Part shown: positions 13,424 to 26,017 of the stretch, piece after piece | Layout of the letters: each line of letters starts with the position of its first letter | Numbering within the stretch: the stretch's first letter is position 1 | Assembly: GCA_002269645.1 (NCBI GenBank) | Contig: NIVC01002379.1 | Span: 115,441-179,440, forward strand | Length of the DNA stretch: 64,000 nt | Source of the DNA: Macrostomum lignano | Lineage: Eukaryota | Direction of reading: 5' to 3' | The notes under the pieces: generated by a model | The model's database searches: none | What the model was told of the DNA's origin: nothing | What the model saw: only the letters and a program-made list of their open reading frames with translations | Position numbers and translations under genes: made by a program

Positions 13424-14495
13424 TTTAACCAACGACAGATGATCGGAAATCCAATCAGGGAGCCGAGTTTTTGCGTCGATATTCGTAGGAATGAAACCCA
13501 CAAAATTATCATGCGCGACTCCTTTGGCTTGTTGTTTATCTTTTTGCTCCCGAAAAGTTAATACAATTCTATTCTCCATCTTCTCACGCCGGCGTTGCGA
13601 TGAGAACCGCTGCCGATATTGAATCGGTGCGAGAGAATGCTGTGGCAAAATAACTTGCAGAGCACGTGCTTAGCGCGCATGCCATTTCGAGTCTTTTCCC
13701 GTATTTTCCAATCTCATGTTGTGGGCTATTCTGTACAGCAATGTCACTAGGTACTTTTACTAAAGCTTTTGTCATGCTATGTGGAACAGTGGGTATGCAA
13801 AACGGAACGGTTCGATAGAGTTTAACTCGAGAAAGCAAGTCAAAGACAAGTCGATTTTGTCATGCTATATGGAACGATGAACCAGAATAGAAGGAACGAT
13901 TTGAGTTTTTCACAAAAACAACAACAAGATACTTTAATTTTTTCGGTTGATGGAGCTCAGCTATAGTGGCGCCGCTAATTTCTGTACGCCATCGTCAGCA
14001 TATCGTCGCTGCCTTGCACCGTGGACTGTCGATGAAGGATGTGTCAGTGTTGTTAGGTCTCGTGGCTCGTCGACACCCAATAAAGCGCACGAGGACAATC
14101 CAGACGGGTTCTGACATTACGGTTTGCACGTCAATTTCTTCGGAGTTCGGGTTGGTGAATTCTTTCATCCAGAGAGGTGACCAAATGGAGCAAAGGATTG
14201 CGGTGCAGCCTTCGGGAGTGGAGCGAAGCCTCCACATTTGAACCATTGACAAATTTTCAATGAAATTAAGACAGTTGTTAATACGAAATTCTTCTTTTTG
14301 GTGCGTATGTAAGAAGTACAAATATTAAAAGCTTAAAGGAGACTTTGAATTTCTATTAAAGAAGAATTTGATATCGACATTCTTTTAATTTATTCGATCC
14401 AGCCCCTGCTGAAAATGTAGTTCCCCCGCCCCTCGGAATTGCTAAAACACTGCCGACAAATCCTATAGCTCTCGTTTCGGTGAGTTGCTTGATTA

Positions 14496-14665
14496 GACCG
14501 CTTTGGAGCTCAGAAGTTAGAGAGCTTACCTGAGTCTACAGGAGCAAAGGAAAAGTGGACGATAAGGAAAAGTGGACGATGAATGTGTTCCGGACGTGGA
14601 AGGATAATTGTGTCCAAGTGCAAATGCAAGGTCATCCGTCAGGACTAATCCAGGCATACATGTAA
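14496..14665 (+). pseudogene. Crypton/DUF3504-type tyrosine recombinase N-terminal relic
   Basis: LESLPESTGAKEKWT[17-bp duplication]MNVFRTWKDN matches the P.ST...KW.MNVF..W pattern of Crypton N-termini. Confidence 0.4.
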
Positions 14666-14799
14666 GTGAGCTAGTCGATTCTGAAGATTCCTGTGCATCT
14701 ACGAGTATAACTGAACATGCTGTGAAGTCTATCATCATTGATCGAGTAAAAATCGAAAATCGGTTTAAGTGAGTTTGTGAAACCTCTAATGCACGTACG

Positions 14800-16640
14800 C
14801 TCGTATATAACAGTCTTTTGTTGCATTTTAAGCCCATTGGGCTTACATGCATTGAAGTTCATCTAATATATGTTTGCCAAAGTAATTGTTTTTGTCTATC
14901 GTAGCAAGGCTGGCACAGCGGCATTTAATTTGATCCAACAAGCATCAATTTGGTTTTTTAGCGGCTCTATCCTTAGATTCTAATTTAGGCACGACTGTCA
15001 CAAACAGTGAGGACGAAAGCATAACTTTATTTGCAACTGCCGCGGAGAAGGAAGATAGATCAGCCACCAAAATCGTGGACCTTTCTGACGAACGAACGTC
15101 AAACGAATGAACTGTCGAGACTTGTGATCGGCGTGGAGTTTTTACCGTGCAAAGATGCCTTTTTTGTTTTTTATATTCGAGCAAATTGCATTTTTGTGTC
15201 ACCTGTTATTGGTACATTGAAATTTGCTTAAATAAGTTCCCTTTTGTCTACGGTTTTTGTCTATGCAAGAATTTCCCGGCAGCAATGTAACGCTACGCGG
15301 CTTCAGCTTACGCAATTGCTGCCGAAAAAAATCGGTACATGTCATTATTGTACCCTTTTGACTTCCCCTGTCTATGGCCCAGACATGTATAGTGCGGATG
15401 CTGAGTATGAAATGCGATTGTTGCCGGAATGCGCTTTGAAAGGGTTGTAGAGATAATCAATCGTCTATGGCAAATTTAGTTGCTCTCTAAATGAAAGGGT
15501 TGTAGAGATAATTAATCGTTTATGGCAAATTTAAAGGACAGTGAAGACAGCTAGCCTGGCTGCCATGAGTTAATTCTCAAGTTGATTTTGAGCTTGAATT
15601 AATTCTCCTATTCGGAGTGCAAATAGGAAAACTAGCTATGATTCGCTACGCAAACATTCCTGGCGGAGAAATATGTGGACTCTCCACGGACGAGTTGGCT
15701 TTTGTCACCCGAGAGTCGAGCACGCGCTACGTTCTGGAGATGGACAACCTGGATGCGTCGTCCAGTTCCAACGGGCTGCCTGAGCTAGGTAGCGAAGATC
15801 TGGAAATGTTGGACCGACTTGAGAGTGACTCAGTGCCGAAATCGACCGAGACGCAACGGAAGCTTCACGTGGCAAGGTTCCGACAGTTCCTCAACGAGAA
15901 GGGGCTCTGCCAGGAGTTTGAGCGTGTTCCGGATCGATTTTTGAACGATTATCTGAGGCTTTTCTGAGGTTTGTTCTTAAGAACTTTTTGTGACTATGAA
16001 ACACTTTCGCCGTGTTGCTATTGTTGTTCCTTGTTTTGATAGCCAAATACATTCGTCTGAAATCCGGCAACAATCGAAAAAAAGCCGACAAACAATTAAA
16101 TTGTTACCGCAAGTATGAATGCCGGAAACCATAGACAAAAGGGAACAATATTATTTTTTACCGGCTATTGATCGAAATGTCACTTCACGATAATGACCTC
16201 TAATTAATGGCCAATAATTAACGAGTATGCCTGTTAGGGCCATAGACAATTCAATCAATTAACGGTTCAATTGACGATTCCATGAACGGTTTTTGCTTTT
16301 CGTTTTAAGCAAATATAATTGCTGCCGGGAATTCTTGCATTGAACCATAGACAAAGGGAGTAATACTTAATACAGATTGCGCTGTCCCAACCATAGACAA
16401 AAGGGAACGATACACATGTGGCCGGCTTTTTTTCGGCAACAATTGCACAGCTGTAACTCATGATAGAGTTTCATAATGAACCAAATTAAATGCTGCTATA
16501 CCAGCCTTGCCACGATATACAAAAGCTCATTACTTTGGCAAAAATAGCTCGTATATTGGATTAAATTCAATGCATACTTTAAATTTAATTCAAGGCATGC
16601 TTTCGATTAAATTCAATGCCCAAATGGACTGCAAAAAACT
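14800..16640 (+). mobile_element. Non-autonomous Crypton-like element: inverted arms with CCATAGAC boxes around a truncated recombinase ORF (15617-15967)
   Basis: TTTTGTCTATCGTAGCAAGGCTGGCACAGCGGCATTTAATTTG (~14889) is inverted at ~16484-16525, and homology extends outward and inward. The ORF SVPKSTETQRKLHVARFRQFLNEKG...FLNDYLRLF resembles the DUF3504/Crypton N-terminus. Confidence 0.55.
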
Positions 16641-17954
16641 GTAATGTCTCACATAAACGGATAAAGGAGTTCTGAAGGCTTGATTATTGGTTCCATATGG
16701 ATTTCAATAAGGACAGAGAAAGACATTAGCATCGAACACATGCTGCTAAAAAGCCAGAGCTGTTCGAGAAGTGCTCAGCTGCTTGAGGATAAGGGAGGGC
16801 GCGGTTTCGTCTACCGGTCTCCAGTTAATGTGTGCTGCCTTTGTGGATTTGAAGAAGATAATAACTTCATTGACATTAGCTGCCTATAATTATGTGGTTC
16901 TTTTGGGGTTCTCACTGAAAAACTACCAAGAATTAAATAATTTAAAATGATTGCTTCGGCTTTCACAAAAAACGGTCATTACTTCGAATATGGAGATTAA
17001 AATTATTAGCCTCGAGGGCTGCGGTGTCATTAAATTTAATAGCTAGTCCGAAGATTTGGAAGAAAATATGGATAAAGCTGTGCCTTTATGAGACTGCGAC
17101 TAGTCAGCCCATATTCCAAGCTCAGTCCGACCACAACTGAGGCTTCCCAAACAAAAAGGTCCGTGACTTTCCCTGAACAATTTACCAGACAAATTGTTAT
17201 AAACCGCTACAGTTTTACACTCTCAAATCCAAGCATAATAAAACGTATAAAACGATTTGAAGAGTGCAATCCATCAGTTTTTTCTGTTCTCTAAGAGACA
17301 AATCTAATAGCATTCGAATCGATACTGCATTTCTGAAGTAGTAAAACAATGTTTATCTTACAAAATCGACTCACTCGAAATAGAAAGCAGGCTTAAAAGG
17401 TTTAGATTGATGAAGCATTCGTGTCTATTAATAAAATAATGTACGCCTCATCAGCTTAACGAATTCCAATACAATCGATTAAAGTCTCAAAGCACTTTTC
17501 TCCCAAATGCAAAGTATATCCCCTAGTAAAGGATTTCTTGAGAGCATGTCGGACCAGCATATTATATTCGCGGCAACATGAAATCAATGGCGAACAGCAT
17601 TTGTCTAATTTTAAGTCAGACATAATCCGATATAACTGTATAAATACAGTCTAAAATGATATTTTGGTTGAAAATAGCAGCAAAACAGTATGGGATTTCA
17701 AGCAACAGTGAAGCAAAATACTACTAAGGAAAGATTTAGAGATAAAGTTTTTAAACATTTAAAATTCAGAGCCTTATCGAACGCGTCACACAAGCTTTGT
17801 TAATTAAAATTCTGTTTGACATCAATCAGAAATAACAATAGCTAATGCAATGAACCGGTTTCCAGCTTTCCAGGGTAAATACAGTTTTTTTACGGATCGG
17901 CACGAAGAATTGTTTTTAAAAATGAGATAAGACGCAAATTTTACTAAATATAGG

Positions 17955-20901
17955 CTACTCCATCTCAGTCACCTGAATGATCTCCTCGTACTTCGGCGGC
18001 TCCTCGTCGGCAGCGAAGCCCGAGTTGAAGGCTCCCACGGCCACCTCGTCGTAGCTAGGTGGCATGTCCGGCCTGCGGCGCGTCCTGTCCGAGAAAAGAT
18101 CTGGGGGCAGTCGGCCGTCCGACACCGTCATGGCAGACAGCGCTGAGCGATGATGGCTCACGGCTCGGGCGCGAGACCTCGAAGACCACCTCTGGCGCAG
18201 ACAGGTCGAAAGCGCTACGAAAGCCGTCGCAAAGACGAAGAGCCCGATGAGTACACGAACGATGAAAGACCAGTATTTACTCTGTCCGCTGGACCCACCT
18301 TCCGTGCAGTTTGCTTCATCGCTTGAGTCGCTGCAGTCTGTTTGACCGTCGCACACTTTGGCCAATAGGATGCACTCTCGGCCGTTTGAACAGCGCCACT
18401 CTAGAGTTGTGTTGAGTTCGTTAAAACTTGTTTAGCTCGTACTGAAGTCATGGCAAAAATTGAACTAAATCTAGCGAGGAAGCAAACTTTCATGACGCTG
18501 ACTCCTCAGAGCGCACATGTACATGGATACGTGAGCAGGCGCACTCTCACGCAGTGTGTACAGCGGCCCTGACTTTCTAATCATCAGACACTCTTTGTGC
18601 CTTGGGCGTTAGCCCTCATGGGCGAAAATCGCAAAAATCTTTGCGATACATTAATGTGACTGCATCCGGAATCGAACCTGGGTACGTCGTTGGCGCGAGA
18701 GCCAGACGCATTGTCTTGCAATTTGACGATCATTATTCACATTTTTAATGCAGAACAATCCATTACTACAAGCAATGCATTGTCTGTAGGATCATCAAAC
18801 AGAAAAACAATGCAAAGAATCAGCGGTCGCAGCACGTGACAACCATTTGTCTATGGCTCGCGCCTACCGGCGCTCGCCAGACAATCGTTGTCACGCACTG
18901 GGACCGCTGATTATTTATCCATTGCCACTAGGCTACTTTAAACCCCTCTCTTCATTTCTCCCGCTTGTCTTTTGATTTCGTATATGCGAATACGAGCTAA
19001 AAATTCATGCTTTTTATCGAAAGATTTTCATAAAACGTACCGCTACTTCCACACTGAACAGTGCCGTTGACGCCATTGGAACAGTCGCCGTCAGTCACAC
19101 TTAGGTCATCCAAAAGCACCGTGTGAACTTTGTCCCATCGATAAGCTCTGACCACGAGAACCACGCTAGTAAATGAAGATATCGCTTCCGAGCTAACTGA
19201 TCCACTGATCCGATTCCACTGATTGATAGGTCCAGTTGTGGTCAGCACCACCATCGAGTGTCCTGGATAGGTTCCGGATATTTGAACCTCCATTTGGAAG
19301 CTGAACCCGTTGGAGCCCACTCCGTAGAACCACAGTTCGAAGCACCTTTGGCTGCTATACCCAAGACGGCGATTGGACAACAAAACGGCATCCTCGCTTC
19401 CAGGACACAATCGCAGCATCCACTGAGGCAATCGCGGCACACTCCGATCCGGCACTGAGCTTGAAGTGTGGTCCAAGAACGAGCTGATTCCGAATTCACT
19501 GGCTACGCTAAAGTCGGTGACAACTGGCAAGTTAACCGTCTCCCAGCCGCAGGTTGACCACTCAAACGAGCAGATGAACGGCATTCGGCTCTCATAAGCG
19601 GAATTACTGCACTCTGTGGGTTCAGCGCTCAAGTCGTCAAGCCAGTGCGCGCCCCCAGTTGATTTATTCCTGCCCTCATCTGACTGGATGATGTTTACAT
19701 CGATCCAACCGCCAGAGAATCCAGACTCAAGCTGCACTTCAGCCATGCTCCAAGTGGTCAGGCTCCAAAGAGCTGGCAGCCGCAGCAGTACTCGACCACC
19801 ATTCGATTCGGTAAGCGTCAGGGCCTCGTTAGCTGTAGTAAAGCCATTTGATATCCAATAGAATCGGTAGCAGGTTGCAGATTCTGCTTCGGCTGCAGCT
19901 TTGAATCCAGACAATCTCAAAGGCGATCGCGTCCGTTGAGCGAACTCAACAGAATTTCGCTGCACTCTCAGACTGCAGTCGCGTAGGTCAAGCTTCTGGC
20001 TGAAGTGGTTCGAGTGATCCACTTTGCAATCCACCCAGGCATCTTCTCTTTGAATGCTGTGTGCGCCGGTTCGACCAAGAGCAAAATTTGTGCCGAAGTT
20101 GCCAGGTGAATAGCAGCGAGCGTATTCGTAACTTTCGTCGCTTGACATTCCGGCAAAGAAGTCGCTGGAATACGGCCGACTGCAGTCGTTAATGGAGTCG
20201 CAGCGCTTGCTGAAATTAAACCGCGTGCGATTTAAAGTGAGAGCTTTTTAAAAATATTTTTACAGCACACAGTTATTGTTTTAGTGATTTTGTTCTGCAT
20301 GAACTCACCTCGAATTGATTTCGGATCCGTCCAGGCACCGATGTCTCCCGATAAGGCTAGAACTGTTTTGCCCCGGCTTCAAGTTTCTGGAGTCCTCGGT
20401 AGCAAACTCCGCTAGGAACAGAGTCACTCTTTCAAGCTTGGGCTGCAAAACTTCAACGTTGTGTACAGTTAAGAAATACCTGTTGATCGTGTCTGAGATG
20501 TGAAGGCAGATAGATCCGCTGTAGAGACTTTCAGGGCGCAGAAAAACAAACGTGTCGGAGTCGTCTCGCTGCCACAATAGAGAGCCGTTACCCGCGTAGT
20601 TAAGAAACGAGTCGTGCTCACTTTTAAATCCAAATAAAAAGTAAGTATCGTTAGCAGAGTAGAATTCGAACTGTTTGAACTCGATGCACAAGACGTCAGA
20701 TTCGTTTCTAAACTCAATTTCGAATTCGTAGACGCAGTGCGATTGCACAGGTAAGGAGTGGGGAAAGTTTTCACTGACGAATATCCCGCTGCTTTTAGTG
20801 GTAGAGTTTGCATCAATATTGAACACTTCTCTGCAGGCGAGGCAGCAACTCTGAAACAGCGTCAGCATCAATAGCTGATAAATCCTCAATTTAAAAATCA
20901 T
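17955..20901 (-). CDS. Type I receptor A: signal-CUB-LDLa-MAM-MAM-LDLa-TM-PPxY tail, 3 exons, 735 aa
   Basis: Exons 20901-20309, 20209-19041, 18400-17955; GT-AG introns of phase 2 and 1 join in frame. CUB-like GIFVSENFPHSLP..CVYEF; MAM CSFEWSTCGW...LLDDLSV..GDC; LDLa WRCSNGRECI..VCDGQTDCSDSSDEANC; TM; PPSY and PPKY. Confidence 0.88.
18490..18725 (-). mobile_element. Second tRNA-derived SINE-like element, in intron 2 of receptor A
   Basis: Minus-strand B-box CCCAGGTTCGATTCCGG preceded by a tRNA-like head; the tail GCGCTCTGAGGAG...GAAAG resembles L2-type SINE tails. Confidence 0.45.
18818..18912. repeat. Hairpin MITE-like inverted repeat (arms about 34 bp)
   Basis: AATCAGCGGTCGCAGCACGTGACAACCATTTGTCT ... 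AGACAATCGTTGTCACGCACTGGGACCGCTGATT. Confidence 0.7.
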
Positions 20902-21469
20902 GTCTGTCCGTTCCTTCTTTTGATCTTTTCGCGAGAATAGCTATATGAACTTTTTACTGTCTCATAAACACTCTCTAAGCACCTACTGCTATGCTTAAAA
21001 GCATGAGCACAAACGTCACAAAAGGTAGGAAAGCTTGAGCAAAAGACGTTAATTGGCGATAAGATATGTTTGATAAGTACATGTACCTTCACCGCACAGT
21101 GGGCAGCACCGTAGCACTGTCGACACCCGTGTTGATATCAAAATTTTAATCGTCAAATTTATATTTGTTTCTATGATGATATGCTTAAAGACGATTCGAA
21201 AAAGCAAGCATTGCATGGTGCCGTTCTGCACCTGGCTGCGGGACCTTAAGACACATTCTACCATTTTGCTTGAGACGCGCAAAATCTTTCGCGTTGTCAA
21301 AAGACAAAAATGTTGACTTATACGCCATGCATGTAGTGCACTCGTACAAGATGCCTTCTTAGATTTTAACACTGCAAGAGTTCTTGTTTATAGTTCTTAT
21401 TTTCATTTTTGTAAAGCTTGGGGAGTATTAGGATAGGATTGAGCTGGAATCTTTGTGTGTTTTACCAAA

Positions 21470-21527
21470 CTGGATTTTACCATTCAGAACTGGATTTTAC
21501 CATTCAGAACTGGATTTTACCATTCAG
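21470..21527. repeat. 20-bp tandem repeat x3 (ACTGGATTTTACCATTCAGA)
   Basis: Read directly. Confidence 0.9.
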
Positions 21528-21825
21528 CTTTCCGATTGTAATTTTTCTTCATTTTTTATGAAGCTACAAGGCTATTAAATTGAGTAGCAGAGTTGGTGAG
21601 TAAAAAAGGACTGATCGACCGATCATGGATCAGTTATAGTCCAAACATGACCAGTCACTCAATAGACATGGACTGAAAAACCACTCATTGGCCTGTGTTA
21701 AATCAGTCATTGAAGTTGATAGACAAACCATAGACCTGTGTCAAATCAGTAATAGATCTGCAATAAACCAGTAATTAAGCTGTAATAAACCGTTATAGTC
21801 ACTGACCGGCCAGATCAATTTAAGA

Positions 21826-22153
21826 TTAGCCATAGACAAATAATAGCTCATCGTAGACCAGTCCGCACAGAAAGAGAGACACGATGCTGAATTTCGCTAT
21901 TAAGTCGGCTCTCTTAGGCGATATGTTGGCGGCGTCAATATTCTCCGATTCTTCCCCGTTCAGCAGCTGATTTTTCACTGCCTCTGCTTCGTCTCCTACT
22001 GCATCGTCTGGGACTTCGGCGTCGTCTGGCTGTGGTGGAGCAGCTTGTTTTTTCTTGCTCAATAAGCTCTTGTTTGTTTCCTGAAGCCGGTAGGCCATTG
22101 TCTCTGAGAGCCGCGCGCAGTTGGGCTACTGTTAACCGGTCGAGATCAGACAT
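21826..22153 (-). pseudogene. SAP-domain ORF relic with frameshift (retroelement gag-like or SARNP-like)
   Basis: MSDLDRLTVAQLRAALRDNGLPASGNKQELIE is a SAP motif; an acidic continuation lies in another frame. About 30-bp direct repeats at ~21851 and ~22433. Confidence 0.55.
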
Positions 22154-23386
22154 GACGACAGATGAAAAATTTTAGAGCTAAAAAATTGAGCTCACGCAGG
22201 CAGCCAAAAACGCTGAGTAAGCAGAGCGAGACGCAAAGAAAAGGGCAGACGGCGCAGAGGCTAAAGCCCACCTCGCCCGGCCACCACCCCACGCACGCAG
22301 AGCCAAGCACCCCCCATACAGCGCGGACAGAGGGAGAGAGAGAACGCACGCAATGCGACACAAGGCAGGGCAAAGGAGAGGGGTTTAAAACTGGATAGTG
22401 ACTAGTCAAGACCGGTCACAAACCAACGCAGCATCGTAGACCAGAAAGAGAGACACATTGGGAAGACGCGAACACCCATTCCGCCAAATTTTGAAAGCGT
22501 CGGCATAGAAAATGGGCCGGCGACGCACTGGTATATCTTTCGCCAGCGCATTAATTAATTATTGCCAGTGAGTCTTGAATGGGTAAAAGTAGTGAGTAAG
22601 CGCAGGACTAATGCTGACGAGAAGTCCAGCTGTTTCGTTAACCGAGTTGCCAGATTTAGAATACGGCCTTGCAGGTACGGATGTCTGAAGAGGCAGCACG
22701 GCTTTGGAAGATTCAAACAGTCGGAGTGACTTTTCGATACAGTCCGACGGCATTTCGATACAGTCGGAATGAAGGCATCTCGTATCTCTCCGCGTTTCGG
22801 AACTGGCAAGACGTCTTGGAGTACAGCACTGCTAAATTGACTACAGGTAGTGCCGCTTGCCCAAATTGAGCGATTTTGGGTCTTGCTTCAAGTTTTAATA
22901 GGAGTACACAAGCCAGAAAAGTCAGGTTATTACCGAGACAAGTGATTCAAGCCCGACGGAGGATCCAGGGAGCGCCAGGTTTAACCATATCAAGTCCGCT
23001 AGCTCGTCTGAAGTTTCGAAAAATCTTCGATCACTCTCTAAATTTAATTGTCTTTACGAAGATATTTTTGATAAATGACTTTAAAAATCGAAGAGAAATA
23101 AAATTACAATACAATTTCACCTGCAAAAAACTGCTTCGGTCCTCGTCGAGCATCTCAAAAAAGCTCTAGATTGATTTTTTAAACCTATAGCACTTACTCC
23201 GATGTTCGGACCGGAGTACGTGCGACAGAATACGAGGCGTTAAAATTTGACAAGACGTGAATGATTAAAGAATTGAAATAAAAAACTATACAGATTCTGC
23301 TACGAATATATGGAATCAAGAGTAAGCAAGAAAAAGTTATACACGAATTCGTGAAAGGTTTTACGCGTTTTTATCGTTAGGTTCGC

Positions 23387-26017
23387 TTAAACAGTGGAGC
23401 CGCTGCTCTCTTCCTGGTTTTCATTGCCACTTCTCGCCCTGGGTGGTCGCCGAGGTGGCAGCTGAGGCGGCTGGGATTCTTGCTGCTGCTGCTGCTGCTG
23501 CTCCTGCTGCTCTCGCATCTGTATCACCTGAATGATCTCTTCGTACTTCGGTGGCTCCTCGTCGGCAGCAAAGCCCGAGTTGGAGGCTCCTGCGGCCACC
23601 TCTTCGTAGCTAGGCGGCATGTCCGGCCTGCGGCGCGTCCTGTCAGAGCAAAGGCCGGGCGGCAGCCGACCGTCCGACACAGTTACCGGTGGCGCCCGGC
23701 TGTGGTCAGCGAGGCCTCGAGGCCCGCGGCCCCACCAGAGGCGCCTCTTCCGAAAGCAGATGGACAGAGTCAGGAAAGCCACGACGCTAACTGAGATGCC
23801 GAGAACAATGCGAAGGATAAGGGACCAGGCATAATCTCCAGATCTTTCGTAGCAGTTAAGCTCGTCACTGGCATCCGGGCAATGTATTCGACCATCGCAA
23901 CGATATCTCTCCAGAATACACTGCTGCCGATTGGAACATCTCCATTCTGAAGTAGTTTATTCAAAAGACTTAGTCTAATTAGTATGGCACTTCTGCTAGT
24001 ACCGATATACTCGTAATACGAGTATTTTAGAGAACAAGGGAATAATTTTTCTATCTAGTATCCGTATTTCATATATCTTTCAATCTCTAGAAATACTGGA
24101 AATACTCGTAGCTAAACAACAAATTTACCACGCACCATTGGATCCACATTGCACTGATCCGTTGTTTTCGACATTACAGCTGCCCTCAAATACGCTCAAG
24201 TCATCCAGTAGCACCGTAGATAATTCGTATCGATCCTCAGCTAGCATAGTGACACTTATGATTGGTGATTTTGGGAGCATCGTCATAAAAGTGCCACTCA
24301 GACGGTTCCATTGGTTCATTGGCATAGTTGTCGTTAGCAAGACAAATTCATTAGGAAGAATCCCGGATATCCGAGCCTCAACCGTGACGCTGTAGCCGCT
24401 GTATCCGACACCATTGAACCAGATTTCAAAGCACCAAACACGGTCGAATGCCAAGCGACGCTTGGACTCCAGTTGTCCTTTGAAATTGGTTCCCGGACGC
24501 AGACGGAGAACCCGTTGCGGCAGTGGTGGCATCGTCCGGTCTGGCACCGATATCGAGGTGTGGTCCGATATGCTGACTCTCAACTCTTTTGCAACGCTAA
24601 CGTCGGTGACGACTGGCAAGTTGGTGGCCTCCCAGCCGCAGGTTGACCACTCAAAAGAGCAAACGAACGGCATCCGGCTCTCATATGCAGACTTGTCGCA
24701 GGCAGCCGGCTCAGCACTCAAGTCGTCAAACCAGTGCGCTGCCGTAGTCTGATTGCGTTGTTTCGACAGAAAGGCATGAACATAGATCCATTTATTCGTG
24801 AATCCGGGTTCTAGCTGGATTTCAGCCAAGCTCCAAGAGTAAAAACTTTTGCGAGCTGGCAGTCGGAGCAGGACTCGGCCACCATTCGGCTCCGACAGAG
24901 TCAGGGCCTCGTTGTCATCGGTGAAGCCACTAGAGAACCAAAACAACCGGTAGCAGGATGCGGACCGCGTGTTGGCAGCCCATCTAATTCCGTACAGCCA
25001 ATAGTAAAGCGGAAGTGAATTGGTGTTGCCCATCCGAATTTTGAGACTGCAATCGCGGGTGTCAGAGAATGGGAATTGGCGCGAGTGGTCGGTACGACAG
25101 TCACGTTCGGTTCCCCAAGTCGAGAGGCTATGTGCGCTAGCCTGACCTAGGGCAAAGTTGGTGCCAAAACTGCGGTTTGAATTGCAGCGCGCGTGCTCGT
25201 AACTTTCATCGCTTGATTGACCAGCGAAGAAGTCGCTTTGGTACAACTGGCCGTTGTTTCTGCCACAGTCAATTACTGAATTACAGCGGGCGCTGGAAAG
25301 CACATTCATGGAGGATTTTTTCTTGTATTTATGGAGGATAAACAGTATTTCCCCATGTATAATGAACTTTGGTTAATAAAGTGCCTTTTGGTCCTTTTTT
25401 GAAGCTCACCTTTCGTTTAAATAGCTGCCATCCAAGCACCGGTGAAGACCCAAGAAACTTGAATTGTTGTCTATCACTGTCCCCGAGTCCATAGCCTCGT
25501 ACTCAGCGTAGAAGCGAGTCATTCTACCAATACTGTTCTCATAAAATTTCCGATTGACCACAGCCACCAGATGAGTGGACATTTGGTAGTTGCAATGCAT
25601 GCAGAGCGGTCCGTTATGCAGATTTGATGGCCACTTGTGCACAAATTTACTAGCGTTGGCTCTCTCCCATAAGAGCGAGCCGTTCCCAGTGTAGATAAGG
25701 ACCGCGTCGTAATGACTCGAACCTCCGACCAGAATTTGCGTCTCCTTGTCCGAGTTCTCGTTCACAGTGAAGAGTTCCAACTCCTTGAATCGAAAGCACA
25801 GGACATCGGAGGCGAAGCTTAGTTGCACTTTGAATTCGTAGACACAATAGGACTCCGTTGGCAGCGAGTGTGGAAAATTTTCGCTGACGAAAACTCCTCG
25901 ACTGTTAGCGCTTGTTGGACGGCCGTCGACGGTAAGCACTTCTCTGCAAGCGAGACAAAAATTCGCATGTTGAAGAAGCTGCAACACCGACAGCAGAAGC
26001 AGCAATTGTCCTGTCAT
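23387..26017 (-). CDS. Type I receptor B: same CUB-LDLa-MAM-MAM-LDLa-TM-PPxY architecture, 3 exons, 774 aa
   Basis: Exons 26017-25410, 25292-24136, 23946-23387; intron positions and phases are the same as in receptor A. Second LDLa WRCSNRQQCILERYRCDGRIHCPDASDELNC; poly-Q tail. Confidence 0.88.

Noticed and set aside
13966-14241. HTH-like ORF start (RQHIVAALHRGLSMKDVSVLLG)
   Set aside because: No DDE domain or TIRs found to support a Tc1 call.
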